A DNA stretch of 61,670 nucleotides from Candidatus Erginobacter occultus (GCA_030765265.1 JAVCCZ010000064.1:1-61670); one strand, 5' to 3'. Positions 35,219 through 44,515 are shown, counted from the stretch's first letter. Numbers and translations: made by a program. The notes: a model not told the origin generated them from the sequence alone.

Positions 35219-37192
35219 ATGGTTGGCGATCCGATAATTGAGTTGGTTGATGTCAGCCGCTCCTATCAACTGGGGCCGACCACGGTCCGGGCCCTGGCCG
35301 GCTGCACTCTCTCGATCTCCCGGGGGGAGTTCGTGGCCGTGATGGGCCCCTCCGGCTCCGGGAAGTCCACCTTTCTCCACATCCTCGGCCTCCTCGACCG
35401 CCCCAACGGGGGGTCCTACCGCCTGGAGGGGGAAGACGTCGGCGGTCTCTCCGACAACCGGCTGGCCTATCTCCGGAACCGGCGGATGGGTTTTGTCTTC
35501 CAGCAGTTTCACCTTCTCCCGATCAATACCGCCCTGGAGAACGCCGAGCTGCCCCTGATTTACGCCGGGCGGAGTTCCTGCCGCTCCGAAGCGCTGGCCC
35601 GGATCCGGGAAGTCGGCCTGGCCGGCCGGGCCGGCCACCTGCCCAATGAACTCTCCGGGGGGGAGCGCCAGCGGGTGGCGATCGCCCGTTCCCTGGTCAA
35701 CGATCCGGCGATTATCTTCGCCGACGAACCGACCGGCAACCTCGACAGCGTCAGCGGGGAAGAGATCATCTCGCTGCTGGAGAGCTTGAACCGCCGGGGC
35801 AAGACGGTGATTATGGTCACCCACGAGGAACGGCTGGCCGGGCGGGCCGGCCGGGTTATCCGGATGCGGGACGGGGAAGTCGTCTCCGACCGCCGGCGGG
35901 AAGGGAAGCCGGCGGCGCCCGGGGCGGTCTGGCCCGAACCTCCACCCGCGGAGTCCTGCCCGGTTTCCCATTCCGGCCGGGCGGTCTTAAAAGATCATCT
36001 CCGCGAGTCCCTCCGGGCGGTATTCTCCCACCGGCTCCGCTCCTTCCTCTCGATGCTCGGGATCCTGATCGGGGTCGGGGCGGTGATCGCGATGCTGGCC
36101 CTGGGAGCGGGGGCCAAGGAGGCGATCGAGCGCGACCTGGCCCGGCTCGGCTCCAACCTCCTGATGGTTCGGCCCGGATCCCGGACCGTCCGCGGGGTGA
36201 GGATGGAGACCGGTTCGGTGACCCGGTTCACCCTCCAGGACGCCGAAGCGATGGGGAAGCTGCCCGATATCCGGCGGGTCTCCCCCTCGGTCTCCGGCCG
36301 GGGGCAGCTGGTCCGGGGGAATAGAAACTGGAATACCCGGCTTCAGGGGGTGGGGGTCGATTATCCGGATATGCGGTCGGCGGAGCCGGTCGAGGGGAGG
36401 TTTTTTACCGGGGATGAACTCCGGAGAAGGGACCGGGTGGCGGTTCTCGGGGCGACCGTCGTCCGGGAGCTTTTCGGGGAGGCCGGCCCGGTGGGGGCGG
36501 AGATCAGGATCAACCGCCAGAACTTCCGGGTGGTCGGGGTCCTCCCGGAAAAGGGCAGCCACACCTGGCGGGATCTCGACGACGAGGTGTTGATCCCGAT
36601 CACCACCGCGATGTACCGGGTGATGGGCAAGGACTACGTCGATTCCATCGACGTCGAGGTCGCCGCCGCCGGCCGGATGGAGGCGGCCGAGGAGGAGCTG
36701 CGGCAGCTGATTATCCAGCGGCACCGCCTGGGCCCGGACCGGGAGGATTCTTTCCAGATCCGGAATATGGCCGAGATCCAGGAGACGATCCAGTCCACCA
36801 CCCGGACGATGAGTATGCTCTTAGGCTCGATCGCCGCCATCTCGCTGCTGGTGGGGGGGATCGGGATTATGAATATTATGCTGGTCTCGGTCACCGAGCG
36901 GACCCGCGAGATCGGGATCCGCAAGGCCGTCGGAGCCTCCCGGAAAGACATCCTGGTCCAGTTTCTCATCGAGGCGGTGGTGATGACCCTGAGCGGCGGC
37001 CTGGCCGGGGTGCTCCTCGGGGCCGGGATCTCCTGGCTCCTCTCTTCCCTGGCCGGGTGGACGGTCCGGGTGACCCCGTTCTCGGTGATCCTGGCCGGCG
37101 CCTTCTCGGTCCTGGTCGGCCTGGTCTTTGGGCTCTGGCCGGCCCGCCAGGCCGCCCGCCTCTCCCCGATCGAGGCCCTCCGCTACGAGTAA
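35219..37192 (+). CDS. macB: MacB-type fused ABC ATPase/FtsX permease efflux pump
   Basis: N-terminal ATPase ([35 protein letters not shown]), then four-TM FtsX permease with a large periplasmic domain, ending ARLSPIEALRYE. ATG at 35219 has a GAGGA SD 8 nt upstream. Confidence 0.9.
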   Translation: MVGDPIIELVDVSRSYQLGPTTVRALAGCTLSISRGEFVAVMGPSGSGKSTFLHILGLLDRPNGGSYRLEGEDVGGLSDNRLAYLRNRRMGFVFQQFHLLPINTALENAELPLIYAGRSSCRSEALARIREVGLAGRAGHLPNELSGGERQRVAIARSLVNDPAIIFADEPTGNLDSVSGEEIISLLESLNRRGKTVIMVTHEERLAGRAGRVIRMRDGEVVSDRRREGKPAAPGAVWPEPPPAESCPVSHSGRAVLKDHLRESLRAVFSHRLRSFLSMLGILIGVGAVIAMLALGAGAKEAIERDLARLGSNLLMVRPGSRTVRGVRMETGSVTRFTLQDAEAMGKLPDIRRVSPSVSGRGQLVRGNRNWNTRLQGVGVDYPDMRSAEPVEGRFFTGDELRRRDRVAVLGATVVRELFGEAGPVGAEIRINRQNFRVVGVLPEKGSHTWRDLDDEVLIPITTAMYRVMGKDYVDSIDVEVAAAGRMEAAEEELRQLIIQRHRLGPDREDSFQIRNMAEIQETIQSTTRTMSMLLGSIAAISLLVGGIGIMNIMLVSVTERTREIGIRKAVGASRKDILVQFLIEAVVMTLSGGLAGVLLGAGISWLLSSLAGWTVRVTPFSVILAGAFSVLVGLVFGLWPARQAARLSPIEALRYE

Positions 37193-37203
37193 TCCGTGAA
37201 GGA

Positions 37204-37308
37204 AATCCTGGATTCTGTATCCTGCTATTCTTATTCTGTATTCCCAATTCTTAATCCTGGATTCTGAATTCCGTATCCCACTCCCAACTCCCAACTCCCC
37301 ACTCCCCA
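37204..37308. repeat. Fifteen tandem degenerate heptads ending 2 nt before the hydF ATG
   Basis: AATCCTG GATTCTG TATCCTG CTATTCT TATTCTG TATTCCC AATTCTT AATCCTG GATTCTG AATTCCG TATCCCA CTCCCAA CTCCCAA CTCCCCA CTCCCCA, phased base by base. Confidence 0.88.
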
Positions 37309-37310
37309 CA

Positions 37311-38585
37311 ATGACCACCATCGAACGCGACCAGATCGGGATCTTCGGGAAGATGAACTCCGGGAAGAGCAGCCTGATCAACCTGCTCACCCAGCAGGAA
37401 ACTTCAATTGTCGATCCCTTCCCCGGGACCACCGCCGATACCCGGGTGGCCGTCCAGGAAATTCACGGGCTGGGCCCGGTCAAGCTCTACGACACGGCCG
37501 GCCTTGACGAAGAGTCCGGGCTGGGAGAAAAAAAGCGGAAAAAGGTCCTGAACCTGCTCGAGGAATGCGACCTGGTCCTGCTGGCGATCGACCCCGCCTC
37601 GAAGGAATTCGGCCCGGAGCGGGAGGTCGTCAGGCGGGCCCGGAACCGTGCGGTCGCCCTTTTTCCCGTTTACAATCTCTTCCGGTCCGAAGACCGGGAG
37701 CAAATCCCCGCCCTGGAGGAGTCTCTCCCCGAGTTGAAATTGTTCCCCCGGATCGCCCTCTCCGTGGTCGATCCCGGCAACCGTCCGCCATTGCTGAAAT
37801 TCGTAAAAGAAAATTACCGTTCCCGGAACTTCCCGGCACCCCTCCTCCCGTCGCTCAAGCGGGACGAGTATTACCTCCTGGTGATCCCGATGGACGTGGA
37901 GACCCCCGCCGGGCGGCTGCTCCGGCCCCAGGCGATGGTCGAGGAATACGTCACCCGGAACTGGGCTTACCCGATCTCTTTCCGTCTCGATCTCGGCCGC
38001 GGCCGTTCCCGGCGTCCCGGGGAGCGGGAGGCGGAAAAAGCCCGCTTTCTCGGCCTGATCAACGGTCTCCCCCGGCCGCCCCGGCTGATCGTCACCGATT
38101 CCCAGGCGCTCGACCTGACCGCCGCCTGGTGTCCCCCCGAGGTCGAACTGACCACTTTCTCAATCGTGATGGCCAACTACCAGACCCGGGGCCGGATCGA
38201 TCTCTTCGCCCGGGGCGCCGGGGTCCTCAAACATCTCCGGGCCGGGGACCGGGTCCTGATTGCCGAGGCCTGCAACCACTCCCGGATCGGGGAGGATATC
38301 GGCACCGTCCAGATTCCCCGACTTTTCCGGGAGCGTTTTCCCGGGGTGAAACTGGAACATAACTTCGGGCGGGAGTTCAAGGATCCGGAAGAACTGCGGA
38401 AATACCGGCTGATTATCCACTGCGGGGGCTGTATGATCACCCCCCAGCGGATGCTGGCCCGGGTCCGGGAACTGGAATCCCTGAAGGTCCCGGTCACTAA
38501 TTACGGCCTGGTTCTGGCCTGGTTTCAAGGACCCGGGGTCCTGGACAAGGTCCTCGCCCCCTGGCGTCTGCCCCCCCCGGGATAG
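37311..38585 (+). CDS. hydF: [FeFe]-hydrogenase H-cluster maturation GTPase HydF
   Basis: GTPase G1 GKMNSGKSS, G2 GTTAD, G3 DTAG. C-terminal region matches the HydF pattern (LIVTDSQ, VELTTFSIV, EACNHSRIGEDIGTVQIPRL, LIIHCGGC, TNYG), i.e. the CxH...HCxxC FeS-ligand motif. Confidence 0.8.
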   Translation: MTTIERDQIGIFGKMNSGKSSLINLLTQQETSIVDPFPGTTADTRVAVQEIHGLGPVKLYDTAGLDEESGLGEKKRKKVLNLLEECDLVLLAIDPASKEFGPEREVVRRARNRAVALFPVYNLFRSEDREQIPALEESLPELKLFPRIALSVVDPGNRPPLLKFVKENYRSRNFPAPLLPSLKRDEYYLLVIPMDVETPAGRLLRPQAMVEEYVTRNWAYPISFRLDLGRGRSRRPGEREAEKARFLGLINGLPRPPRLIVTDSQALDLTAAWCPPEVELTTFSIVMANYQTRGRIDLFARGAGVLKHLRAGDRVLIAEACNHSRIGEDIGTVQIPRLFRERFPGVKLEHNFGREFKDPEELRKYRLIIHCGGCMITPQRMLARVRELESLKVPVTNYGLVLAWFQGPGVLDKVLAPWRLPPPG

Positions 38586-38647
38586 TTCTTCTCCCCCGAT
38601 TTTCCCCGGCCCCGGCCCCCGCCCGGGAAGTTTAATCAGATTTTCCC

Positions 38648-38677
38648 TTGACGCGGAGGGGATAAATGGATTTTAAT
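38648..38677 (+). promoter_or_regulatory. Candidate sigma70-type promoter of the nusA operon
   Basis: TTGACG (38648-38653), then a 17-18-nt spacer, then TTTTAAT. Located 145 nt upstream of nusA. Confidence 0.3.
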
Positions 38678-38716
38678 AGCTAGGATTCGGTGGGGGATTA
38701 TGGTTTTGGTACCGCG

Positions 38717-38748
38717 AAGAGTGGGTAACCAGCCCACTCTTTTGATTT
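38717..38748 (+). terminator. Intrinsic-terminator-like hairpin in the nusA leader (possible attenuator)
   Basis: AAGAGTGGG-TAACCAG-CCCACTCTT forms a 9-bp perfect stem with a 7-nt loop, followed by TTGATTT. Confidence 0.4.
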
Positions 38749-38822
38749 ATCACGGGTTGTCCCGTCAAGAGCCCGATATCCCGGATCAACCGGGTTAATT
38801 GATATAGTAAGAAGGTGAAATT

Positions 38823-40070
38823 ATGAACGCCGATTTAATTGCCGTCCTCGATAGTATGGAGCGGGAGAAAGGTATCTCCCGGGAAGTCCTGCTCGAGGCG
38901 ATCCAGTCGTCGCTGGTGTCGGCCTCGAAGAAGAGCATCGGGCCGGCTCGGGAACTGGAAGTGACGATCGATCCCAAGACCGGAGACATCCGGGCCTTCT
39001 CCCGCCTGATCGTCACCGATTGGGTCAGCGACCCCTTCGGGGAGATCACCCTGGAGGAGGCGGTCAAGCTCGAGCCCGGGGCCAAACTCGGCGACGAAGT
39101 GGTCAAGGAAGTCACCCCGAAAAATTTCGGCCGGATCGCCGCCCAGACCGCCAAGCAGGTGGTGGTCCAGAAGATCCGGGAAGCGGAGAAGGACGTGGTC
39201 TTCGGCGAGTTCCAGTCCCGGGTCGGGGAGATCATCAGCGGGGTGGTCCGCCACCACGAAAAACAGAACGTGATTATCGACCTGGGAAGGACCGAGGGGG
39301 TGATGCCCCCGCGGGAGCAATGCCACCACGAGGACTACCGGCTGGGGAGCCGGGTCAGGGTTTACATCCTGGCGGTCCGCGACGGGGCCAAGGGGCCGGA
39401 AGTAATTCTCTCCCGGACCCACCCCAACTTCGTAAAAAGACTTTTCGAGCTGGAAGTGCCGGAGATCGACGAGGGCGCGGTTGAGATCAAGGACATCGCC
39501 CGCGAACCCGGCTACCGGACTAAGATCGCGGTCTTTTCGGTCCAGGACAAGGTGGACAGCGTCGGCGCCTGCGTGGGCCTGCGCGGCAACCGGGTCAAGG
39601 CCGTGGTCCGGGAACTGAACGGGGAAAAGATCGACATCATCCGCTGGGACGAAGACCCGGTCACCTACATCACCAACGCCCTCAGCCCGGCCAAGCTAAA
39701 ACTGGTCACCATCGACCCGGCCAAGGGGGAGTGCGAGGTGATCGTGGACGAGGACCAGCTCTCGTTGGCGATCGGGAAGAAGGGTCAGAATGTCAGGCTC
39801 TCCTCCCGCCTGACCGGCTGGAAGATCGATATCTACCGGGAAGGCGAGGTCCTCAAGGGCGTGAAGTCGGCGATTGCCGCCCTCTCCGACATCCCGGGGG
39901 TGGGGGAGAAGATGGCCCGGAAACTGGTCGAAGCCGGCTTTATCGGCCTGCCGGTGATCGCCATCTCCGACCCCGCCGACCTGATGGAGGTGGAAGGAAT
40001 CGGGGAGAAGACCGCCGATGAACTGATCCGGATCGCCCGGGAAGCGGCCGAGAAAACCGAGAAAAGTTAA
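38823..40070 (+). CDS. nusA: Transcription termination/antitermination factor NusA
   Basis: N-terminal domain, S1 (GEIISGVVRHHEKQNVIIDLG), two KH domains (GACVGLRGNRVKAVVRELNGEKIDI; LSLAIGKKGQNVRLSSRLTGWKIDI). AAGGTGA SD upstream. Confidence 0.95.
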   Translation: MNADLIAVLDSMEREKGISREVLLEAIQSSLVSASKKSIGPARELEVTIDPKTGDIRAFSRLIVTDWVSDPFGEITLEEAVKLEPGAKLGDEVVKEVTPKNFGRIAAQTAKQVVVQKIREAEKDVVFGEFQSRVGEIISGVVRHHEKQNVIIDLGRTEGVMPPREQCHHEDYRLGSRVRVYILAVRDGAKGPEVILSRTHPNFVKRLFELEVPEIDEGAVEIKDIAREPGYRTKIAVFSVQDKVDSVGACVGLRGNRVKAVVRELNGEKIDIIRWDEDPVTYITNALSPAKLKLVTIDPAKGECEVIVDEDQLSLAIGKKGQNVRLSSRLTGWKIDIYREGEVLKGVKSAIAALSDIPGVGEKMARKLVEAGFIGLPVIAISDPADLMEVEGIGEKTADELIRIAREAAEKTEKS

Positions 40071-40082
40071 AGAGTATTGTTT

Positions 40083-42128
40083 ATGCGAGTATACGCCCTA
40101 GCCAAGGAATTATCCCTGACCAGCAAGGAACTCCTCTCCCGCCTTAAGGAGATGGGGATCGAGGTCGCCTCCCACTCATCCTCCTTAAGCGAGGAAGAGG
40201 AGGCCCGGGTCCGGGAAGTCATCTCCGGTCCCCCTCCGGGGGAAGAGAAAGCGGAGGAAATACCGGCTCCCCCGGCCGAAGAGCCGGTCCGGGAGGCCGA
40301 AGAGCCGGCGGCCCCGCCCCCGCCCGCCGAACCGGCCGCTTCCCTGGAGGTGGTGGTGGTCAAGTTCCCGGTTACCGTCCGGCAGCTGGCCGAATATATC
40401 GGCCGGAAGCCGAATATCCTGATCAAGAAACTTCTCGAGATGGGGGTCTTCGCCTCCCTGAACCAGTTTCTCGATGAGGAGACGGCCGTGATCCTGGGCA
40501 GCGAGTACGGCCGGGAAATCGTTCCCTTTGTTCCCGAGAAGACGGAGACCTCCGGATCCCCGGAACGGGAGAAACCGCCGGTCCGCCCGGCGCCGCCGGC
40601 GGGGGCGAACCTCCGGCCGCGCAACCCGGTGGTAACCCTGATGGGGCACATCGACCACGGGAAAACCTCGATCCTCGACCAGATCCGGAAGTCCCGGGTT
40701 ACGGCGGGCGAGGCGGGGGGGATTACCCAGCATATCGGGGCCTACCGGGTGGCCGCCGAAAAGGGGACCATCACCTTTCTCGACACCCCCGGCCACGCCG
40801 CCTTCACCACGATGCGGGTCCGGGGAGCCAACCTGACCGATATCGTGATCCTGGTGGTGGCGGCCGATGAGGGCGTGATGCCCCAGACCGAGGAAGCGAT
40901 CAACCACGCCCGGGCGGCCGGGGTTCCGATCGTGGTCGCCCTGAACAAGATCGACAAGAGCACCGCCCGTCCCGACCGGGTCCGGCGCCAGTTGGCCGAA
41001 CGGGGGCTCAACCCCGAGATGATGGGGGGAGATACGATCGTGGTCGAGGTCTCGGCCGTCGCCGGGACGGGGCTCGATCAGCTGCTGGAAATGCTCCTCC
41101 TCCAGGCGGAGATTATGGAACTGAAAGCCGATCCCGACGGTCCCGCCGCCGGGGTAGTCATCGAGGCCAAGCTTACCTCCGACCGGGGACCGGTGGCCAC
41201 GGTCCTGGTCACTCAGGGTACCCTGAAGCGGGGGGACAGCCTGGTCTGCGGTCCTTTCTCGGCCAAGGTCAAGGCCATCTTCGACGAAAACGGCCGGGGA
41301 GTGACCGACGCCGGCCCTTCGACGCCGGTCGAGATTATGGGCTTGAGCGGGGTCCCGGGAGCGGGGGAGTCTTTCCAGGTGGTGGAGAACGAAGCCCGGG
41401 CCCGGGAGATCAGCGAACTTCGGCAGAACGAGGATCAGGAGAAGTCCTGGGACGACTCCCGGAGGGTCAGGCTGGAAGATATCTTCCAGCAGTTCGCCGA
41501 CGACCAGGTCCGGGAGCTGACGCTTTTGCTGAAGGGCGACGTCCAGGGTTCGGTGGAGGCGGTTGAGATGGCCCTCCGGGAGATCCCGGGAGGCAACGCG
41601 GGGATCAAGCTCCAGATCATTCACTCCGGGGTGGGGGCGGTCAATGAATCCGACGTGATGCTGGCCGCCGCTTCCGGGGCGGTGATCATCGGTTTCCAGG
41701 TCCCGTTGGCCCCGAAAGTCGCCCGGCTGGCCGAAGCGGAAGGAGTCGATATCCGCCGGTACCGGGTGATCTACCAGGTGGTCGACGACATCCGCAAGGC
41801 CCTGGAAGGGCTGCTGGAGCCGGAGATCAAGGAAGTGATCCTGGGAGAAGCCCGGGTCAAGGAAATTTTCAAGATCACCGGATTGGGTACGGTCGCCGGG
41901 TCGATGGTCGAGAAGGGCAAGATCCAGCGCCGGGGCCGGGTCCGGGTGATGCGCGGGGTGGAAGAAGTCGCCTCCGACGTGGTGACCTCGCTGAAGCGTT
42001 TCAAGGAGACGGTGGAAGAGGTAACCGCCGGCAAGGACTGCGGGATCAGCCTGGCCAATTTCAAGGACTTCGAAGTCGACGATATCCTGGTGGCCTACGA
42101 GGTCGAGAAGATCGCCCAGAAACTGTAA
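40083..42128 (+). CDS. infB: Translation initiation factor IF-2
   Basis: N-terminal [25 protein letters not shown] domain, G domain ([29 protein letters not shown]), and C-terminal beta-barrels. ATG at 40083 preferred over TTG at 40077. Confidence 0.95.
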   Translation: MRVYALAKELSLTSKELLSRLKEMGIEVASHSSSLSEEEEARVREVISGPPPGEEKAEEIPAPPAEEPVREAEEPAAPPPPAEPAASLEVVVVKFPVTVRQLAEYIGRKPNILIKKLLEMGVFASLNQFLDEETAVILGSEYGREIVPFVPEKTETSGSPEREKPPVRPAPPAGANLRPRNPVVTLMGHIDHGKTSILDQIRKSRVTAGEAGGITQHIGAYRVAAEKGTITFLDTPGHAAFTTMRVRGANLTDIVILVVAADEGVMPQTEEAINHARAAGVPIVVALNKIDKSTARPDRVRRQLAERGLNPEMMGGDTIVVEVSAVAGTGLDQLLEMLLLQAEIMELKADPDGPAAGVVIEAKLTSDRGPVATVLVTQGTLKRGDSLVCGPFSAKVKAIFDENGRGVTDAGPSTPVEIMGLSGVPGAGESFQVVENEARAREISELRQNEDQEKSWDDSRRVRLEDIFQQFADDQVRELTLLLKGDVQGSVEAVEMALREIPGGNAGIKLQIIHSGVGAVNESDVMLAAASGAVIIGFQVPLAPKVARLAEAEGVDIRRYRVIYQVVDDIRKALEGLLEPEIKEVILGEARVKEIFKITGLGTVAGSMVEKGKIQRRGRVRVMRGVEEVASDVVTSLKRFKETVEEVTAGKDCGISLANFKDFEVDDILVAYEVEKIAQKL

Positions 42129-42210
42129 CAATCCGGGAGTCGGGATTTAGAATCAAGGTGGGCCGGTTTCCCTCTTCTCCGGCTCGGGCAGCTTCCCGGT
42201 TGGATCAATT

Positions 42211-42287
42211 CGGAGTAACGGAGTATCGGAGTAGGGGAGTGGCGGGTAACTGAACATTTATCCATCACTCCGGTATTCCCATACTCC
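42211..42287. repeat. Five tandem octamers (CGGAGTAN family) plus an inverted partner
   Basis: CGGAGTAA CGGAGTAT CGGAGTAG GGGAGTGG CGGGTAAC (42211-42250). The complement-like CACTCCGGTATTCCCATACTCC lies at 42266-42287. Confidence 0.75.
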
Positions 42288-42302
42288 ATTTTTATTTTAT
42301 TT

Positions 42303-42716
42303 ATGAAACCTTCCGGTGAACGAACAGGAAAAAGCCGCCGGCAGCTGAGGGTGGAGGAACAGGTCAAGCGGATCCTGGGGGATGTGCTCCGGGTGGGGGC
42401 CAATGACCCGAGGATCGGTTTCGTCAGTATCCTGAGAGTGGAAGCGGCCGGGGACCTGAAGAGCGCCCGGGTTTACGTCAGCGTCCTCGGGGAAGAAGCC
42501 GAGGCGGCTAAGACCCTGGAGGGCCTCTCCAGCGCCCGGAGCTATTTCCAGCGGGAACTGGGGGCCCAAATGAGCGCCCGCTATACCCCGGTGATCAGTT
42601 TTGCCCTCGATCCCGCGATTGAGATCGAATCCCGGATCGACCAACTCCTGGACCAAGCCAGGCAAGGAGATGACGAGGATGAAAGTCCCCCCGCCCCTGA
42701 CCGAGATCTTTCTTGA
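42303..42716 (+). CDS. rbfA: Ribosome-binding factor A
   Basis: RQLRVEEQVKRILGDVL...DPRIGFVSILRVEAAGDLKSARVYVSVLG pattern. Conserved position after infB. Confidence 0.88.
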   Translation: MKPSGERTGKSRRQLRVEEQVKRILGDVLRVGANDPRIGFVSILRVEAAGDLKSARVYVSVLGEEAEAAKTLEGLSSARSYFQRELGAQMSARYTPVISFALDPAIEIESRIDQLLDQARQGDDEDESPPAPDRDLS

Positions 42717-43689
42717 GCATTCCCGGTTCCTGATCACCTCCCACCTCCGCCCCGACGGGGACGCAATCGGCTCCCAGCTGGCCCTGGCCGGGATCCTGGA
42801 GGAACTGGGAAAAGAGGTGGTAATCGAGAACCAGGCCCCGATCCCGGAAAATTTCTCCTTCCTCCCCGGGGCGGAGAAGATATCTCCCTTCGGGGAAATC
42901 CCCTTCCACCCCGAGGTCGCCGTCGTCCTCGACTGCCCCCGGCCCGGCCGGGTGGGTGTGGTTGAAAAGCATCTCTCCGCCGTCGGCCGGCTGGTCAATA
43001 TCGACCATCACGTCTCCAACAGCGGGTATGGCGATGTCTCCTGGGTGGAGCCGGGAAGTTCCTCGGTCGGGGAGATGATCTACCACCTCCTCGCTCCCCT
43101 GGGGGTGAAGTTGACCCGTCCGATCGCTTTGGCGATCTATGTCGCCATCCTGACCGATATGGGGAAATTTCAGTATATGGTGACCCCCGAGTCCGGGGCC
43201 CGGGTATTTCGCCTGGTAGCCGAGCTGGTGGATACCGGCCTGGTCCCCTACGAGATCTACAAAAAGGTCTATAACCTCTACTCGGTCGCCCCCCTGAAAT
43301 TTCTCGGCGAAGCCCTCGCCTCCCTGGAGTTCGCCGCCGGGGGGCAGATCGCCTTTTTCCGGGTTGACCGGGAGATGCTGGCCCGTTACGGGGACGGTTC
43401 CGACGTCACCGAGAACCTGATCTCCTATCCCCGGGATATCATCTCCACCCGGGTGGCGCTGCTCTTCACCGAACTCCCCGGCGGCGGGGTCAAGGTCTCT
43501 TTCCGTTCCAAGGAGCCGGAGATCATCGACGTCAACCGGATCGCTTCCCGTTTCGGCGGCGGGGGGCACCCGGCGGCCGCCGGGGCGGAACTGCCCCAGA
43601 ATCTCGACCGGGCGGTCCTGCTGGTCCTGGCCGCCGTGGAGGAATACCTGGAGAACCTGGGGGACAGCTCCGGGGCGGAGGGTCCGTGA
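42679..43689 (+). CDS. nrnA: DHH/DHHA1 phosphoesterase (NrnA-type oligoribonuclease/pAp phosphatase)
   Basis: DHH motifs (SHLRPDGDAIGS; DHH in VNIDHHVSN) and DHHA1 GGGH (RFGGGGHPAAAG). The ATG at 42679 lies 9 nt after an AAGGAG. Confidence 0.82.
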   Translation: MKVPPPLTEIFLEHSRFLITSHLRPDGDAIGSQLALAGILEELGKEVVIENQAPIPENFSFLPGAEKISPFGEIPFHPEVAVVLDCPRPGRVGVVEKHLSAVGRLVNIDHHVSNSGYGDVSWVEPGSSSVGEMIYHLLAPLGVKLTRPIALAIYVAILTDMGKFQYMVTPESGARVFRLVAELVDTGLVPYEIYKKVYNLYSVAPLKFLGEALASLEFAAGGQIAFFRVDREMLARYGDGSDVTENLISYPRDIISTRVALLFTELPGGGVKVSFRSKEPEIIDVNRIASRFGGGGHPAAAGAELPQNLDRAVLLVLAAVEEYLENLGDSSGAEGP

Positions 43690-44411
43690 ACCGGGACCAA
43701 CCGATCCCGGACGGCTTTCTCCTGGTCGATAAGCCGGCCGGGATCACCAGCTTCCGGGTCGTCGACCGGGTGAAGAAACAATTCCGGATCGCCAAGCTCG
43801 GGCACGGCGGGAGTCTCGATCCCCCGGCCACCGGGCTGCTGGTCCTCCTGGTCAACCGGGCGACCAAGCGGGCCGGGCTCTTGCTCGGGGCGGAGAAGGA
43901 ATACCGGGCGGTCGTCCGGCTGGGGGTCGAGACCGATACCCAGGACCTCACCGGCCGGGTGCTGAAGTCGGTCGAAGGGGGTCTCCCGGACCGGGCCGCC
44001 GTCGAGCGGGTCCTGGAACGGTTCCGGGGAGAGATCGAGCAGGTGCCGCCGATGGTCTCGGCCCTGAAACATCGCGGGGAGCGACTCTACAAGATCGCCC
44101 GCCGGGGGGAGGAGGTCGTCCGGCCGCCCCGGAAGGTGACGATCAGCCGTTTGGAATTGACCGGCTTCGCCCCGGACCGGCTGAGCCTCGAGGTCCGCTG
44201 TTCGAAAGGGACCTACATCCGGACCCTGGCCCACGACCTGGGCCGGGTTCTCGGCCCCGGGGGCTGCCTGGAAGAACTGCGGCGGACCGCCGTCGGTCCC
44301 TTCCGGGTCGACCAGGCCGCCGCCCTCGACCGCCTCCTGGAAGGCACCCGGGGGGATTTGGCCGGGAAGATTATCCCCGTGGCCAAGGCTGAGGAGGAGC
44401 TGAAAACTTGA
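43686..44411 (+). CDS. truB: tRNA pseudouridine(55) synthase
   Basis: GFLLVDKPAGITSFRVV and the catalytic-Asp motif (GHGGSLDPPATGLLVL). GTG start overlaps the nrnA stop. Confidence 0.92.
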   Translation: MNRDQPIPDGFLLVDKPAGITSFRVVDRVKKQFRIAKLGHGGSLDPPATGLLVLLVNRATKRAGLLLGAEKEYRAVVRLGVETDTQDLTGRVLKSVEGGLPDRAAVERVLERFRGEIEQVPPMVSALKHRGERLYKIARRGEEVVRPPRKVTISRLELTGFAPDRLSLEVRCSKGTYIRTLAHDLGRVLGPGGCLEELRRTAVGPFRVDQAAALDRLLEGTRGDLAGKIIPVAKAEEELKT

Positions 44412-44431
44412 ATTTTTCCGGCGCCACGGGC

Positions 44432-44515
44432 AGAGTAGCAGGCATTCTTGCCTGTCTCCAAGCTTCCACAGACAGAAATGTCTGTGCTACCTTACTATCG
44501 TCCGGCCTGAAATCG
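44432..44515. repeat. ~85-bp palindromic repeat, copy A
   Basis: AGAGTAGCAGGCATTCTTGCCTGT...CTTCCACAGACAGAAATGTCTGTGCTACCT...CTGAAATCG aligns with copy B at 51035-51120. Its arms are imperfect inverted repeats. Confidence 0.8.

Noticed and set aside
38690-38810. Known small RNA (tmRNA, SRP RNA, 6S, RNase P) in the hydF-nusA gap.
   Set aside because: None of the conserved cores I can recall for these families (for example the SRP GGAA/AGCA domain IV or the tmRNA tag ORF) is present. It is treated as an mRNA leader instead.
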